DNA of 64,000 nucleotides from Akkermansiaceae bacterium (lineage in GTDB: Bacteria; Verrucomicrobiota; Verrucomicrobiia; Verrucomicrobiales; Akkermansiaceae). The translations under genes were made by a program, and so were the position numbers. Below the pieces are notes generated by a model. The model made no database searches. It had not been told where the DNA came from and saw nothing but the letters and a program-made list of their open reading frames with translations. Of this stretch, positions 46,716 through 55,643 are shown piece after piece (position 1 is the first letter of the stretch; every line of letters begins with the position of its first letter). The stretch is taken from contig CAIKDP010000025.1 in NCBI GenBank assembly GCA_903826205.1, forward strand, positions 630-64,629. Reading direction: 5' to 3'.

Positions 46716-49301
46716 TCAGGGAGCTGGCGCCTCCAACGCCGGAGCATGGGACGCAGGGGCCAGCGGCAGCTTGGCCAGCACCACACGGAAGCCGTTGGTG
46801 TCGGCATAGGATGCCGGCGGCTGGGGGTGACGCGACCCGGAGTAGAGATTTTCCGCCTGATAGGTATTCCAGCCACCGCCACGCAACACCCCGAGGTGAT
46901 TGGGATCGACGACCGAATAGGCGTCGGCCACCCACTCTTGGACGTTGCCGCTGAGGTCGTGGATGCCCTTGATGTTAGGGGGAAAGGAACCCACCGGCGC
47001 CGTCTTTTCAAAACCATCGTCATATCCCGGAATCGAACGCTCCCCGGACATGCCGGGGGCCAGTGCGGCGGAGGTATCGGCAAAGTTGCCGACCTTGCCC
47101 GGCGGCGGCCATGCCAAGCCCCATGGGAACACGCGCTCCTTGCGGGCGTCGCGCCAACTCGGACTGAGGCCGAGGGCTTCCTCCAGACCCACCATCTGGC
47201 TCCATTCCACATCCGTCGGCAGACGATACACATGGGACGCGGCGATGAGCTCCACGCCAGTCTGGCGTTCGCGCTGGGTCAGCCATTCGCAGAACGCCTC
47301 CGCATCATCGCGCGAGACCATCACCACAGGATGGTCCGCCCCTTGTGAAAATCCCGGCAAGGGCGGCGGACGATGCCTGGCTTCCTTGACAAAAATGTCG
47401 TAATCGCCGACCCGGGTTTCCCACGCCGAAACCATCAGATCCTGGCCGATCGGCACAAACTTCATGCCGATGCCGTTTTCCCAGGCTCGGCCGAAAACCA
47501 CCCCTCGATTGGCCACCAAGGTGACGCTGAGCGGCAGCGTTTGCCCGGGTTTGAGCGTCAACTTTTCAGTGTGGGGCTTGTAACCTTCGCGGACGATGAT
47601 CAGGGTGACCGCACCGGGTGCGACCTTGGAAATCAACAGCGCGCCGTCGGCAAACCCCACCGCCGCACCATTCAAATAAACCTCCGCTCCTGGCGGATTG
47701 CTGGTCAGTTCAATGTTGGCATAGTCAATCTGGCGCACCACCACCCGGAATGGTTTGAGACCGTCGCGCTGGGCCCGCGCGCTCAACCCCGGGTTTTCAA
47801 ACAACTGTTCGAAACGCGGCGCCACTTCATAATCTTCGGTTAGAAAACCGGCCTTGATCGCGCCGCTGCGCAACCACTTGCAGAAGACTGCGGACTCGTC
47901 AGCGGTGCAAAGCACCACCTTGGCCGCTTGTCCATTCTGGGGAAGGTTGAGGAATTCGACCATGGCGGCGGAGCGTTGGGTTTCCGCCAGGAATTTTTTC
48001 CACAGCCCGTCGACCACGAAGCCGGAACCCAAATGCTCTTCGCCCACCGGTTGATAGGCCTCGCCATGATGATCGAGCCAGACGGCGCCGGGTTGCGGAG
48101 GTGAAAAAACCTCAAGCACCTTGAAAATCGATTGCGGTTCACTCACCGCCCGTGGGCCGATTTTCTCCGTGACCATGACCGGGCGGTACCCGCGCTTTTG
48201 GATTTTAAAGCTGACTTCCTCACCCACCCTTGCCGTCAGGGTGCCGGTAGGGGTGATACCCACCCACTTGCCGGAGGCATCCAGGACATCCGCGGTATCC
48301 GGAGTGCTGACCACCCGGAACAAACCCACCTCCGAGATCACGCCCTGAGCCGGCTTGCGCCAGTAGGCCTGCCAATCGACGTCCTTGAGCAACTCCCAAG
48401 CGGCCCACGCGCTGAAGCCGGTGAGCATCAAGGTGGTGAACCACACGGCACCCGCCCGGTTGCGACGGCGTTTCCCCCGCTGCAACAGGTGCAGGCATGC
48501 GGCGAGCTCCGCCGCGGTGGTGATCCTGCGTTTGGAGACCCGCGGTTCGCACACATCGCAGATGATGCGGTTGAGCTCCAGCCACCGCTTGCGCTCCGCA
48601 CCGACAGGCAAGTCATCCGGCAACTCGGGGAAATCCATGCGATCCTTGCCGGTGGCGATTTCATACAACACCTTGCCCAAGCTGTAGACATCGGCCTGGG
48701 TCGAGCCCGGGCCTTCCGGTGGCACAAAGCCCTCCGTTCCAACAAAAGTCCTCTGCCCGCGCGCAGCCACCAACCCGATGTCCGCCAACTTGGCCTTGCC
48801 ATTGACAAAAATCACGTTGGACGGCTTCACATCGCGATGCGCCAGACCGCAGGAGTGCAAATGATCCAGTGCCTCCGCCAAGCGCATGCCGACGTCGATG
48901 CACACGGCCACCTCCAGGCGCGTGGCATTGGCCGCGCGCACATCGGGCCGCAAGGTGCGCGGCTCATACTCTATCGGATTGATATCCCGCCCGGTGCGGA
49001 CGTCATCACCCAGCTCCATGACATAGTAATAAAACGAAGTGCCGTCCAGGCTGCGGCCGACGTGCAGGATATTGACCAGCCCCGGGTGATCGCGGGAGAT
49101 GGGCTCGAATTTCAAAATCCCCTCGAACTCGCGTTCAAAGGTCCGGGCGTCCTCGAAATCCTCGCGCCAGACCACCTTGATCGCCCGCAAGGCACCGGTC
49201 ACGCCGCGCCCGAGCCAGATTTCCCCGTAGGCACCACCGCCGATTTTGCGCAGGATTTCATGATCCGGAATGACCGGGTCTGCTCGTAGCTTAATCGGCA
49301 T
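46716..49301 (-). CDS. Ser/Thr protein kinase with TM segment, PEGA-like domains and a C-terminal FGE-sulfatase (SUMF1-like) domain
   Basis: GGGAYGEIW glycine loop, AIK lysine, HRDVKPSNV and GTEGFVPPE. TM segment AVWFTTLMLTGFSAWAAW. PEGA-like LTSNPPGAEVYLNG. C-terminal HPVVMVSRDDAEAFCEWL...YRLPTDVEW...GNVQEWVAD...LRGGGW. Confidence 0.9.
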   Translation of the reverse strand: MPIKLRADPVIPDHEILRKIGGGAYGEIWLGRGVTGALRAIKVVWREDFEDARTFEREFEGILKFEPISRDHPGLVNILHVGRSLDGTSFYYYVMELGDDVRTGRDINPIEYEPRTLRPDVRAANATRLEVAVCIDVGMRLAEALDHLHSCGLAHRDVKPSNVIFVNGKAKLADIGLVAARGQRTFVGTEGFVPPEGPGSTQADVYSLGKVLYEIATGKDRMDFPELPDDLPVGAERKRWLELNRIICDVCEPRVSKRRITTAAELAACLHLLQRGKRRRNRAGAVWFTTLMLTGFSAWAAWELLKDVDWQAYWRKPAQGVISEVGLFRVVSTPDTADVLDASGKWVGITPTGTLTARVGEEVSFKIQKRGYRPVMVTEKIGPRAVSEPQSIFKVLEVFSPPQPGAVWLDHHGEAYQPVGEEHLGSGFVVDGLWKKFLAETQRSAAMVEFLNLPQNGQAAKVVLCTADESAVFCKWLRSGAIKAGFLTEDYEVAPRFEQLFENPGLSARAQRDGLKPFRVVVRQIDYANIELTSNPPGAEVYLNGAAVGFADGALLISKVAPGAVTLIIVREGYKPHTEKLTLKPGQTLPLSVTLVANRGVVFGRAWENGIGMKFVPIGQDLMVSAWETRVGDYDIFVKEARHRPPPLPGFSQGADHPVVMVSRDDAEAFCEWLTQRERQTGVELIAASHVYRLPTDVEWSQMVGLEEALGLSPSWRDARKERVFPWGLAWPPPGKVGNFADTSAALAPGMSGERSIPGYDDGFEKTAPVGSFPPNIKGIHDLSGNVQEWVADAYSVVDPNHLGVLRGGGWNTYQAENLYSGSRHPQPPASYADTNGFRVVLAKLPLAPASHAPALEAPAP

Positions 49302-49956
49302 CGGCTTCGAGTTTGGCGAGTTCGCGTTTGAGCACGGCTCCCACCCGGTGCTTCGCCAAATACACCTGAGACATGCTGACGTTCAAATATTCCTGCACCT
49401 TTTTCACATCCCACTGCTTGACCACGTAACAATCGAAAATCTGATATTGTTTGGGTGAGACTTGGGCCTTGACCCGTGAGAGGGCGGCATCCGCCACGTT
49501 TTTTTTCCACTCCACATCCCACAGACGGGTCAGCACCTCCGCATTGGAATCCTCGATGCGATCGATCACCGCCGTCTTGCGGTCATTTTCCCACTCCCCG
49601 CCCACCATTGCGGTGTCCTTCTTGCGCTTGCGGAATTGATCGTTGATGCGCCAGCGCGTCATGTTCATCAACCACGTCTTGAACGAACCCTGCGCGGGAT
49701 CATAAAGGTTCTTCTTGCTCTGCTTGGCTATCGACAGGATCGTTTCCTGCACGCAATCAAACGCCTCATCGGAACGCAGGCCCGCCTTCACCGCCACGGA
49801 ATAAATCAAACGCCAGTAGATCTTGTAAAATTCCTCCCACGCCCGCTGGTCTTCCCAGTTGTCGAGCTTGGCAATCAGGCTCTTGCGGGTCCTCGCGTAC
49901 GCCTCGCCTAGAATTGCATCCTGCTCGTTTCCGGTCTCATCGTTTGCGGCAGCCAT
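49291..49956 (-). CDS. ECF-type sigma-70 family RNA polymerase sigma factor
   Basis: Region 2-like YWRLIYSVAVKAGLRSDEAFDCVQETILSI and region 4-like SPKQYQIFDCYVVKQWDVKKVQEYLNVSMSQVYLAKHRV. The stop overlaps the kinase start by 11 nt. Confidence 0.85.
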   Translation of the reverse strand: MAAANDETGNEQDAILGEAYARTRKSLIAKLDNWEDQRAWEEFYKIYWRLIYSVAVKAGLRSDEAFDCVQETILSIAKQSKKNLYDPAQGSFKTWLMNMTRWRINDQFRKRKKDTAMVGGEWENDRKTAVIDRIEDSNAEVLTRLWDVEWKKNVADAALSRVKAQVSPKQYQIFDCYVVKQWDVKKVQEYLNVSMSQVYLAKHRVGAVLKRELAKLEADAD

Positions 49957-50093
49957 CTGGCGTAGTGTAACAGCTTTTCAGGGGTTGTCTTTCACTCATT
50001 CGAGATTTTCACATTTCCAGCCAGCGCCTCGATTTCATCTCGACACGCGACACAAAACCGACAAGTTTTGTCTGAACCTATCGTATTTGCCGC

Positions 50094-50816
50094 ATGCGGA
50101 TTGCTATTTTCGGTGATATTCACGCCAACCTCGAAGCTCTCGAGGCGGTGCTGGTTGACGCTTCGAAGCAAGACGTCACCGATTATGTCTGCATGGGTGA
50201 CTTGGTCGGCTACAATGCCGACCCGGGCGCCTGCGTCGAAAAAATCCGCCATATGGACTGCCCGACCATCAAGGGCAACCATGACGAGGACGCCGCCGGC
50301 ACCCACTCGCTCGAAAACATGAACCCGGTGGCCGCCACCGCGCTCCAGTGGACGCGCAACCAACTCGACGAGGAACAACGCCTGTGGCTGCGCCGCCTGC
50401 GCATGGTCCGGCAGGTTTCGGATTTCACCGTCGTCCACAGCACCCTGGATCAACCGGCGCATTGGAACTATGTGACCAACCGCTTCGATGCGATGGCCAA
50501 CTTTTCGTACCAATTCACCCAAGTCTGCTTTCACGGCCACACCCACGTGCCGCGCGTTTACGCCAAATCCGACAAAGTCCACGAAGTGCCTGCGGATGCG
50601 ATCCGCATCGAGAAAAACGCGAAATACTTCATCAACGTCGGCTCGGTGGGCCAACCGCGCGATGGGGATTGGCGCTCGTGCTACGCCATCTACAACACCG
50701 AGGAGCAGGAAGTCGTGTTCCGCCGCGTCGAGTATGACATCGAGGCCACCCAGGCAAAAATCCTCGCCGCCGGGCTGCCACCGATGCTCGCCGAGCGCCT
50801 GGCCGAAGGCCGCTGA
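50094..50816 (+). CDS. metallophosphoesterase family protein
   Basis: MRIAIFGDIHANLEALEAVL, GDLVGYN, GNHD, GHTH motifs. Confidence 0.9.
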   Translation: MRIAIFGDIHANLEALEAVLVDASKQDVTDYVCMGDLVGYNADPGACVEKIRHMDCPTIKGNHDEDAAGTHSLENMNPVAATALQWTRNQLDEEQRLWLRRLRMVRQVSDFTVVHSTLDQPAHWNYVTNRFDAMANFSYQFTQVCFHGHTHVPRVYAKSDKVHEVPADAIRIEKNAKYFINVGSVGQPRDGDWRSCYAIYNTEEQEVVFRRVEYDIEATQAKILAAGLPPMLAERLAEGR

Positions 50817-50932
50817 GGGCGGGAGAGTCATGGACCGGGCGTGGGCGGCAAGCGCCACAGAAACTTCGAAAGAATCGCTCTGGCGTGGACTTGCTTGGCA
50901 TCTCGAACCCGAACTCCGAAGTTGCAAATGCG

Positions 50933-52696
50933 CTATACCGTATCCAAATCGGCACTGCTGCGATGGGTTTTGGAAGCCTGATTGGGCCGCAGCATGATTT
51001 TCTGTTGTTCGCGCTCGCCGGCGTTGCGCACGACGGGGATCGGTTGGCCGGAGTGGATATCGAGGCCGGTGACATACATGGCGGTGGCGGCGGTCATGGG
51101 CAACGGGATGAAATCCTGCACCTGTTGGAGATTCCAGCGCTGGCGTTTGAGGAATTCCTCCACCGCGACCATCTCCTTGGCGGTGCAACCGGGGAAACTC
51201 GAGATGAAATACGGCACGAGGTATTGCTGTTTGCCGGCCTCCTCACTGAGTCCGGCAAATTTTTCCATGAACGCGGGAAAATCCGCGGCGGGCTTGCGCA
51301 TGCGGCGCAAGACGTCCGGATGCAGGTGTTCGGGGGCCACCTTCATGTGGCCGGAAACGTGATGTTGCACCAATTCGCGCAGGTATTCCGGCGTGCGCAA
51401 GGCCACGTCCATGCGGATGCCGGATTGCACAAACACTTGCTTCACCCCGGGCACTTGCCGTACCCCGCGCAACAACTCCAACCCAGGCCGCCCGTTGATG
51501 GCAAAATGCGGGCAGATGCCCGGCCACAAACAACTCGGCCGGTGGCAGCCACGGCACGCCGCCACATGCCCGTTCCTCGCGCCATACAAGTTCGCCGTCG
51601 GCCCGCCAAGGTCGGACACCGTCCCGCGGAATGATTCCAATTCGGTTAGGAGGCGCACTTCCTTCAGCACCGACTCCACGCTCCGGCTTGATAGAAACTT
51701 CCCCTGATGCAAGCCCAGCCCGCAAAACGAGCAACCGCCGGCACAACCGCGCGAAACTATCACCGAGTCCTTGATCGTCGCAAATCCCGGCACCGGCTCC
51801 TGATAGGACGGATGCGCCGCCCGCTGGAATGGATACTCATACAACGCATCCAGGTCCGCCCCATCCACCGGCATGGCCGGCGGCTCCATCCACACCGCCT
51901 GTTGGCCGTGCCTCTGCACCAGCCGTTTCCCGCAATACGGCGTCTGCTGGGCCTCCGTGATTTTTGTCAGATCCAGCAGCAATTGCACATCCGCATGCAA
52001 GGCCTCCCACGACGGCAACATGATGCATGCGGAAAAATCCGCCGCCGCGCTGGCCTTGGCACCTAACAAACGTGCCGTGCCCGGGATGCCGCCCAGATCC
52101 CGCTCTCCCGCGCGCAGGCGCCTGGCGATCTCGCGCACCGCGAGTTCGCCCATGCCATAGACCAGCACATCCGCCCTGGAATCGGTTAGAATGGACGGCC
52201 GCAGCTTGTCCTCCCAGTAATCGTAATGGGCCACCCGCCGCATGCTCGCCTCCATCCCGCCCAACACCACCGGCACGCCGGGAAACGCCCGCCGGGACAT
52301 CTGCGCATACACGACGGCCGCGTGATTGGGCCGCCGCCCCGCCACCCCGCCGGCGCTGTAAACGTCCAGCTTGCGCTTGTGGCGCGCCGCTGTGTAGTTG
52401 GACACCATCGAATCCAGATTGCCGGCCGTCACTCCCACAAACAAACGCGGCGCACCCATGCGTTTGATGGACTCGATATCGCGCCAATCCGGTTGCGCCA
52501 CGATGCCAACTCGCAGACCATCCGACTCTAACACGCGCCCGATCATCGCCGCGCCAAATGACGGATGATCCACATACGCATCGCCCGTGATGAGCAGCAC
52601 ATCCAGGTCGCGCCAGCCACGCGCGTCCATCTCCGCCCGCGACATCGGCAGAAACTCCCCGCCACGCGGCGATCCGGCTTTGGCTTTCACGGACAT
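50933..52696 (-). CDS. ygiQ: YgiQ family radical SAM protein
   Basis: FLPMSRAEMDARGW...DVLLITGDAYVDHPSFG N-terminal signature and the radical-SAM cluster CAGGCSFC. Confidence 0.9.
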   Translation of the reverse strand: MSVKAKAGSPRGGEFLPMSRAEMDARGWRDLDVLLITGDAYVDHPSFGAAMIGRVLESDGLRVGIVAQPDWRDIESIKRMGAPRLFVGVTAGNLDSMVSNYTAARHKRKLDVYSAGGVAGRRPNHAAVVYAQMSRRAFPGVPVVLGGMEASMRRVAHYDYWEDKLRPSILTDSRADVLVYGMGELAVREIARRLRAGERDLGGIPGTARLLGAKASAAADFSACIMLPSWEALHADVQLLLDLTKITEAQQTPYCGKRLVQRHGQQAVWMEPPAMPVDGADLDALYEYPFQRAAHPSYQEPVPGFATIKDSVIVSRGCAGGCSFCGLGLHQGKFLSSRSVESVLKEVRLLTELESFRGTVSDLGGPTANLYGARNGHVAACRGCHRPSCLWPGICPHFAINGRPGLELLRGVRQVPGVKQVFVQSGIRMDVALRTPEYLRELVQHHVSGHMKVAPEHLHPDVLRRMRKPAADFPAFMEKFAGLSEEAGKQQYLVPYFISSFPGCTAKEMVAVEEFLKRQRWNLQQVQDFIPLPMTAATAMYVTGLDIHSGQPIPVVRNAGEREQQKIMLRPNQASKTHRSSADLDTV

Positions 52697-52706
52697 CGGA
52701 TCAAAC

Positions 52707-53006
52707 TCACGCCAAATCCATCACCAGCACTTTGGCCCACCAATCCTTGAAGGTCCCTATGAATACCTGGTGATGTGGGTCGCCCTGATAGGCGTCGTGA
52801 TCCGCCACACTGGCAAACTGCATCGTCAGGGCGTAATCCCATGACTGGTCAATCACCGGGCGCGGCATGACCGGTGCCGGCACCGCCCAGCGCCCGCCCG
52901 TCACCAACCCGATCTCAAACAGCGACGCCAACCCCCGCTCAAACGCCGCGCGGTCCACAGCGCTCTTGCAATCGTCCTTCAACCAAAAATAGACATGATG
53001 TTCCAT
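52707..53006 (-). CDS. Dabb (stress-responsive A/B barrel) family protein
   Basis: MEHHVYFWLKDD... about 99 aa, with HDAYQGDPHHQVF. ATG at 53006. Confidence 0.75.
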   Translation of the reverse strand: MEHHVYFWLKDDCKSAVDRAAFERGLASLFEIGLVTGGRWAVPAPVMPRPVIDQSWDYALTMQFASVADHDAYQGDPHHQVFIGTFKDWWAKVLVMDLA

Positions 53007-53156
53007 GCCCGATGATCGCCCGTTTCCTCCCCTTCGCAAGCCCATTTCAAGGAGGGGAGCGTCGGCGTCCCGCCGGCCGTGTCCGGCATCGTGCCGGACA
53101 CTCTTCAGCCAAGGACCGCGCCAACTGCGTTCTTAACCTGCGGCATGAGGCGTAGC

Positions 53157-53263
53157 CCGCACAGTCCCCTGTGCGGATCTTCAGTGAGCGAGCTGCGGAG
53201 TTGGACCAATCTGATGAGTGGGGCATTGCCTGCGGGAAAAAGAGCGCGCAGGGGACTGTGCGG
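53157..53263 (+). promoter_or_regulatory. three copies of CCGCACAG (one direct, two inverted) giving mutually exclusive short and long stems upstream of the GH127 gene
   Basis: CCGCACAGTCCCCTG (53157-53171) can pair locally with TGTGCGG (53170-53176), or over its full 15 nt with CAGGGGACTGTGCGG (53249-53263). Confidence 0.4.
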
Positions 53264-53273
53264 ACTACTCCAA

Positions 53274-53367
53274 GATTTCATTTGTCGGCGCCGCAGTCCC
53301 CCGTACGCTGTGCCGGTCATGAAGCACCTGTTTGCCACCCTGTTGCCGTTTGTCCTTGCCGCTGCCG
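53274..53367 (+). repeat. leader plus signal-peptide cassette, copy 1 (45 nt upstream plus the first ~16 codons of the GH127 gene)
   Basis: GATTTCATTTGTCGGCGCCGCAGTCCCCCGTACGCTGTGCCGGTCATGAAGCACCTGTTTGCCACCCTGTTGCCGTTTGTCCTTGCCGCTGCC aligns without gaps, at about 85% identity, to 55551-55643. Confidence 0.85.
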
Positions 53368-55523
53368 GCCTACCTGCCCACGCCGACCCTGACGGGATAC
53401 CCATCGCAGCGGCGGTGGATGCCGGTTGCGAGCGTACCGTGGTTCTTCCCGGCGCGACTTATCTCACCGGGCAATTGACGGCTGATGAGCGTCTCCCCCA
53501 CCCTCTCACCCTGCTTTGGTCCAAGCAATCCGGGCCGGGCGATGTCACTTTCAGCAATCCGGCCGCCGCCGCCACCGAGGCGCGGTTTTCCACCACCGGC
53601 GAATATATTCTGCGCCTGACAGCAACCCGCGGCAACGCGCAAGCCTCGGCCACGGTGGCGGTCACGGCAGTGGCCCAGCCGCCCGCCACTCACCTCGATC
53701 CGCTGTGGACGCCCCCCTATCAGATCACGAGCCCGTTCTGGCACAAGCGCACGAAAAACCTCATCGTCAACTGGATCCCGCATTGTGTCCGCAAGCTGTG
53801 TGACCCGCAAAACCGCGAAGGCAGCATCGGGGATTTCGTTCAGGCCGGACAAATCCTCGCCGGCAAGCCTGCAGCGGCGCATGAAGGCAACGAGTTCTGC
53901 GATTGGTTCTTGTACAACGTCGCCGAGTCCATGTGCCTCGCCCAGATGATCGATCCACAAGGCGACCCGCAAATCATCGCCGCACAGGCCGCCATGCGCC
54001 AAACCCTCGATGACTGGATCCCCAAAATCCTCAGCGCCCAGGAACCGGACGGTTACCTGCTCACGCGTGCCACCATCAAGCACCTCCCGCACTGGCGCGA
54101 CGTCCGCGCCCATGAAGGCTATCAGGCCGGCTATTTCATGGAATTTGCCATGGCCCACCACCTCATGAGCGGCGGCAGGGACCGGCGCTTGCTCGATGCC
54201 GCCATCCGCATGGCCGATTGTTGGGTCCGCAATCTGGGACCCGCACCCAAACAGGCATGGCATGACGGCCATCAAGGCATCGAGATCGCCCTGGTCCAAC
54301 TCGCCCGCCATCTGGAGGGAGGCCCCGAAGCTAACAAAAGCAAGGATTACCTGGCCCTCGCCAGGTTCCTGTTGGATTCGCGTGGCAACGGCGATGAGTA
54401 CGACCAAACCCATCTGCCCGTCACCCGCCAATACACGGCGGTGGGGCATGCGGTGCGCGCCGTTTACGGCTACGCCGGCATGGCCGACATCGCGATGGAA
54501 ACCGGTGACGCCGCTTACCGCAGTGCCGTCCAGTCACTGTGGGGCAATCTGATCAACCGCAAGTACTACATCACCGGAAGTATCGGCAGTGGCGACACCA
54601 ACGAAGGTTTCGGCAGGGATTACGCCCTATCTAACAATGCTTATGCCGAATCGTGCTCAGGCTGCGGTGAGATATTCTTCCAACACCGTTTGCAAATGAC
54701 CTGGCACGACGCCCGCTATGCGGATTTGCTGGAACAGACCCTCTACAATGCAGTCCTTGGCAGCGTCGACCTTGAGGCCAATAACTTCACTTACACCAAT
54801 CCGCTCGACTCCTCCGAGCCGCGCTACCCATGGCATAACTGCCCGTGCTGCGTCGGCAACATTTCACGCACCCTGCTGCGCCTGCCGACGTGGATCTACA
54901 CACGCAGCCCAGACGCCCTGTATGTGAACCTCTACATCGGCAGCCGGCTGACGATCGACAAGCTCGGCGGCACCCCGGTGGAAGTCACGCAAACGACCGA
55001 CTACCCGTGGCATGGCAAGGTGACCCTCACGCTCAACCCGGCCACACCCGCCACCTTTGCCCTGAAACTCCGCGTGCCACAACGCCACACCAGTTCCCTC
55101 TATACCCACACCCCGGAGGTCCCTGGTCTGACATCACTCACCGTCAATGGCCAGCCGGTGACGCCGCTCATCGATCATGGCTATGCCCTCGTCTCCCGCG
55201 AGTGGCACGCCGGCGACCGCGTGGAATTGGACCTGCCATTACCGGTGCAACGCGTCAAGGCGAGTGACATGATCGCCGCCACCAGCGGCCGGGTCGCCTT
55301 GCGCCGCGGCCCGTTGGTTTACAACATCGAGAGCGTCGATCAGGACGTCGAGGCGGTGCTTGCCCCGGATGCGCCGCTCACCACCCACTGGCAACCTAAC
55401 ATGCTGGACGGCGTGATGGTTATAAAGGGAACCTTCCAAGACGGCAAGCCACTGCTTGCCATTCCCAATTACGCCCGCCTCAACCGGGGGGGACGCTCGC
55501 TCGTCTGGATCAAGGACCGCTGA
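53319..55523 (+). CDS. secreted glycoside hydrolase family 127 (DUF1680, beta-L-arabinofuranosidase-like) with an N-terminal Ig-like domain
   Basis: ATG at 53319 (MKHLFATLLPFVLAAAGLPAHA signal peptide). The conserved WHNCPCCVGNISR Cys cluster is typical of GH127/HypBA1-like enzymes. About 730 aa. Confidence 0.85.
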   Translation: MKHLFATLLPFVLAAAGLPAHADPDGIPIAAAVDAGCERTVVLPGATYLTGQLTADERLPHPLTLLWSKQSGPGDVTFSNPAAAATEARFSTTGEYILRLTATRGNAQASATVAVTAVAQPPATHLDPLWTPPYQITSPFWHKRTKNLIVNWIPHCVRKLCDPQNREGSIGDFVQAGQILAGKPAAAHEGNEFCDWFLYNVAESMCLAQMIDPQGDPQIIAAQAAMRQTLDDWIPKILSAQEPDGYLLTRATIKHLPHWRDVRAHEGYQAGYFMEFAMAHHLMSGGRDRRLLDAAIRMADCWVRNLGPAPKQAWHDGHQGIEIALVQLARHLEGGPEANKSKDYLALARFLLDSRGNGDEYDQTHLPVTRQYTAVGHAVRAVYGYAGMADIAMETGDAAYRSAVQSLWGNLINRKYYITGSIGSGDTNEGFGRDYALSNNAYAESCSGCGEIFFQHRLQMTWHDARYADLLEQTLYNAVLGSVDLEANNFTYTNPLDSSEPRYPWHNCPCCVGNISRTLLRLPTWIYTRSPDALYVNLYIGSRLTIDKLGGTPVEVTQTTDYPWHGKVTLTLNPATPATFALKLRVPQRHTSSLYTHTPEVPGLTSLTVNGQPVTPLIDHGYALVSREWHAGDRVELDLPLPVQRVKASDMIAATSGRVALRRGPLVYNIESVDQDVEAVLAPDAPLTTHWQPNMLDGVMVIKGTFQDGKPLLAIPNYARLNRGGRSLVWIKDR

Positions 55524-55550
55524 CACTGATGTGGAAACACGGTGGATCAC

Positions 55551-55643
55551 GATTTCATTTGCAGCAGCGCCTTTCCCCCGTATGCTGCGCCGGTCATGAA
55601 GCACCTGTTTGCCTGCCTGTTGCCGCTTGTCCTAGCCGCTGCC
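55551..55643 (+). repeat. leader plus signal-peptide cassette, copy 2 (in front of the HtrA-like protease)
   Basis: GATTTCATTTGCAGCAGCGCCTTTCCCCCGTATGCTGCGCCGGTCATGAAGCACCTGTTTGCCTGCCTGTTGCCGCTTGTCCTAGCCGCTGCC. Confidence 0.85.

Noticed and set aside
53211-53218. CUGAUGAG hammerhead-ribozyme core word inside the inverted-repeat region, followed by GGAAAAAG
   Set aside because: I could not draw a stable stem II between the CUGAUGA and GAAA boxes or a proper stem I/III with a cleavage triplet. An 8-mer like this is expected about once or twice by chance in 128 kb of two-strand sequence.
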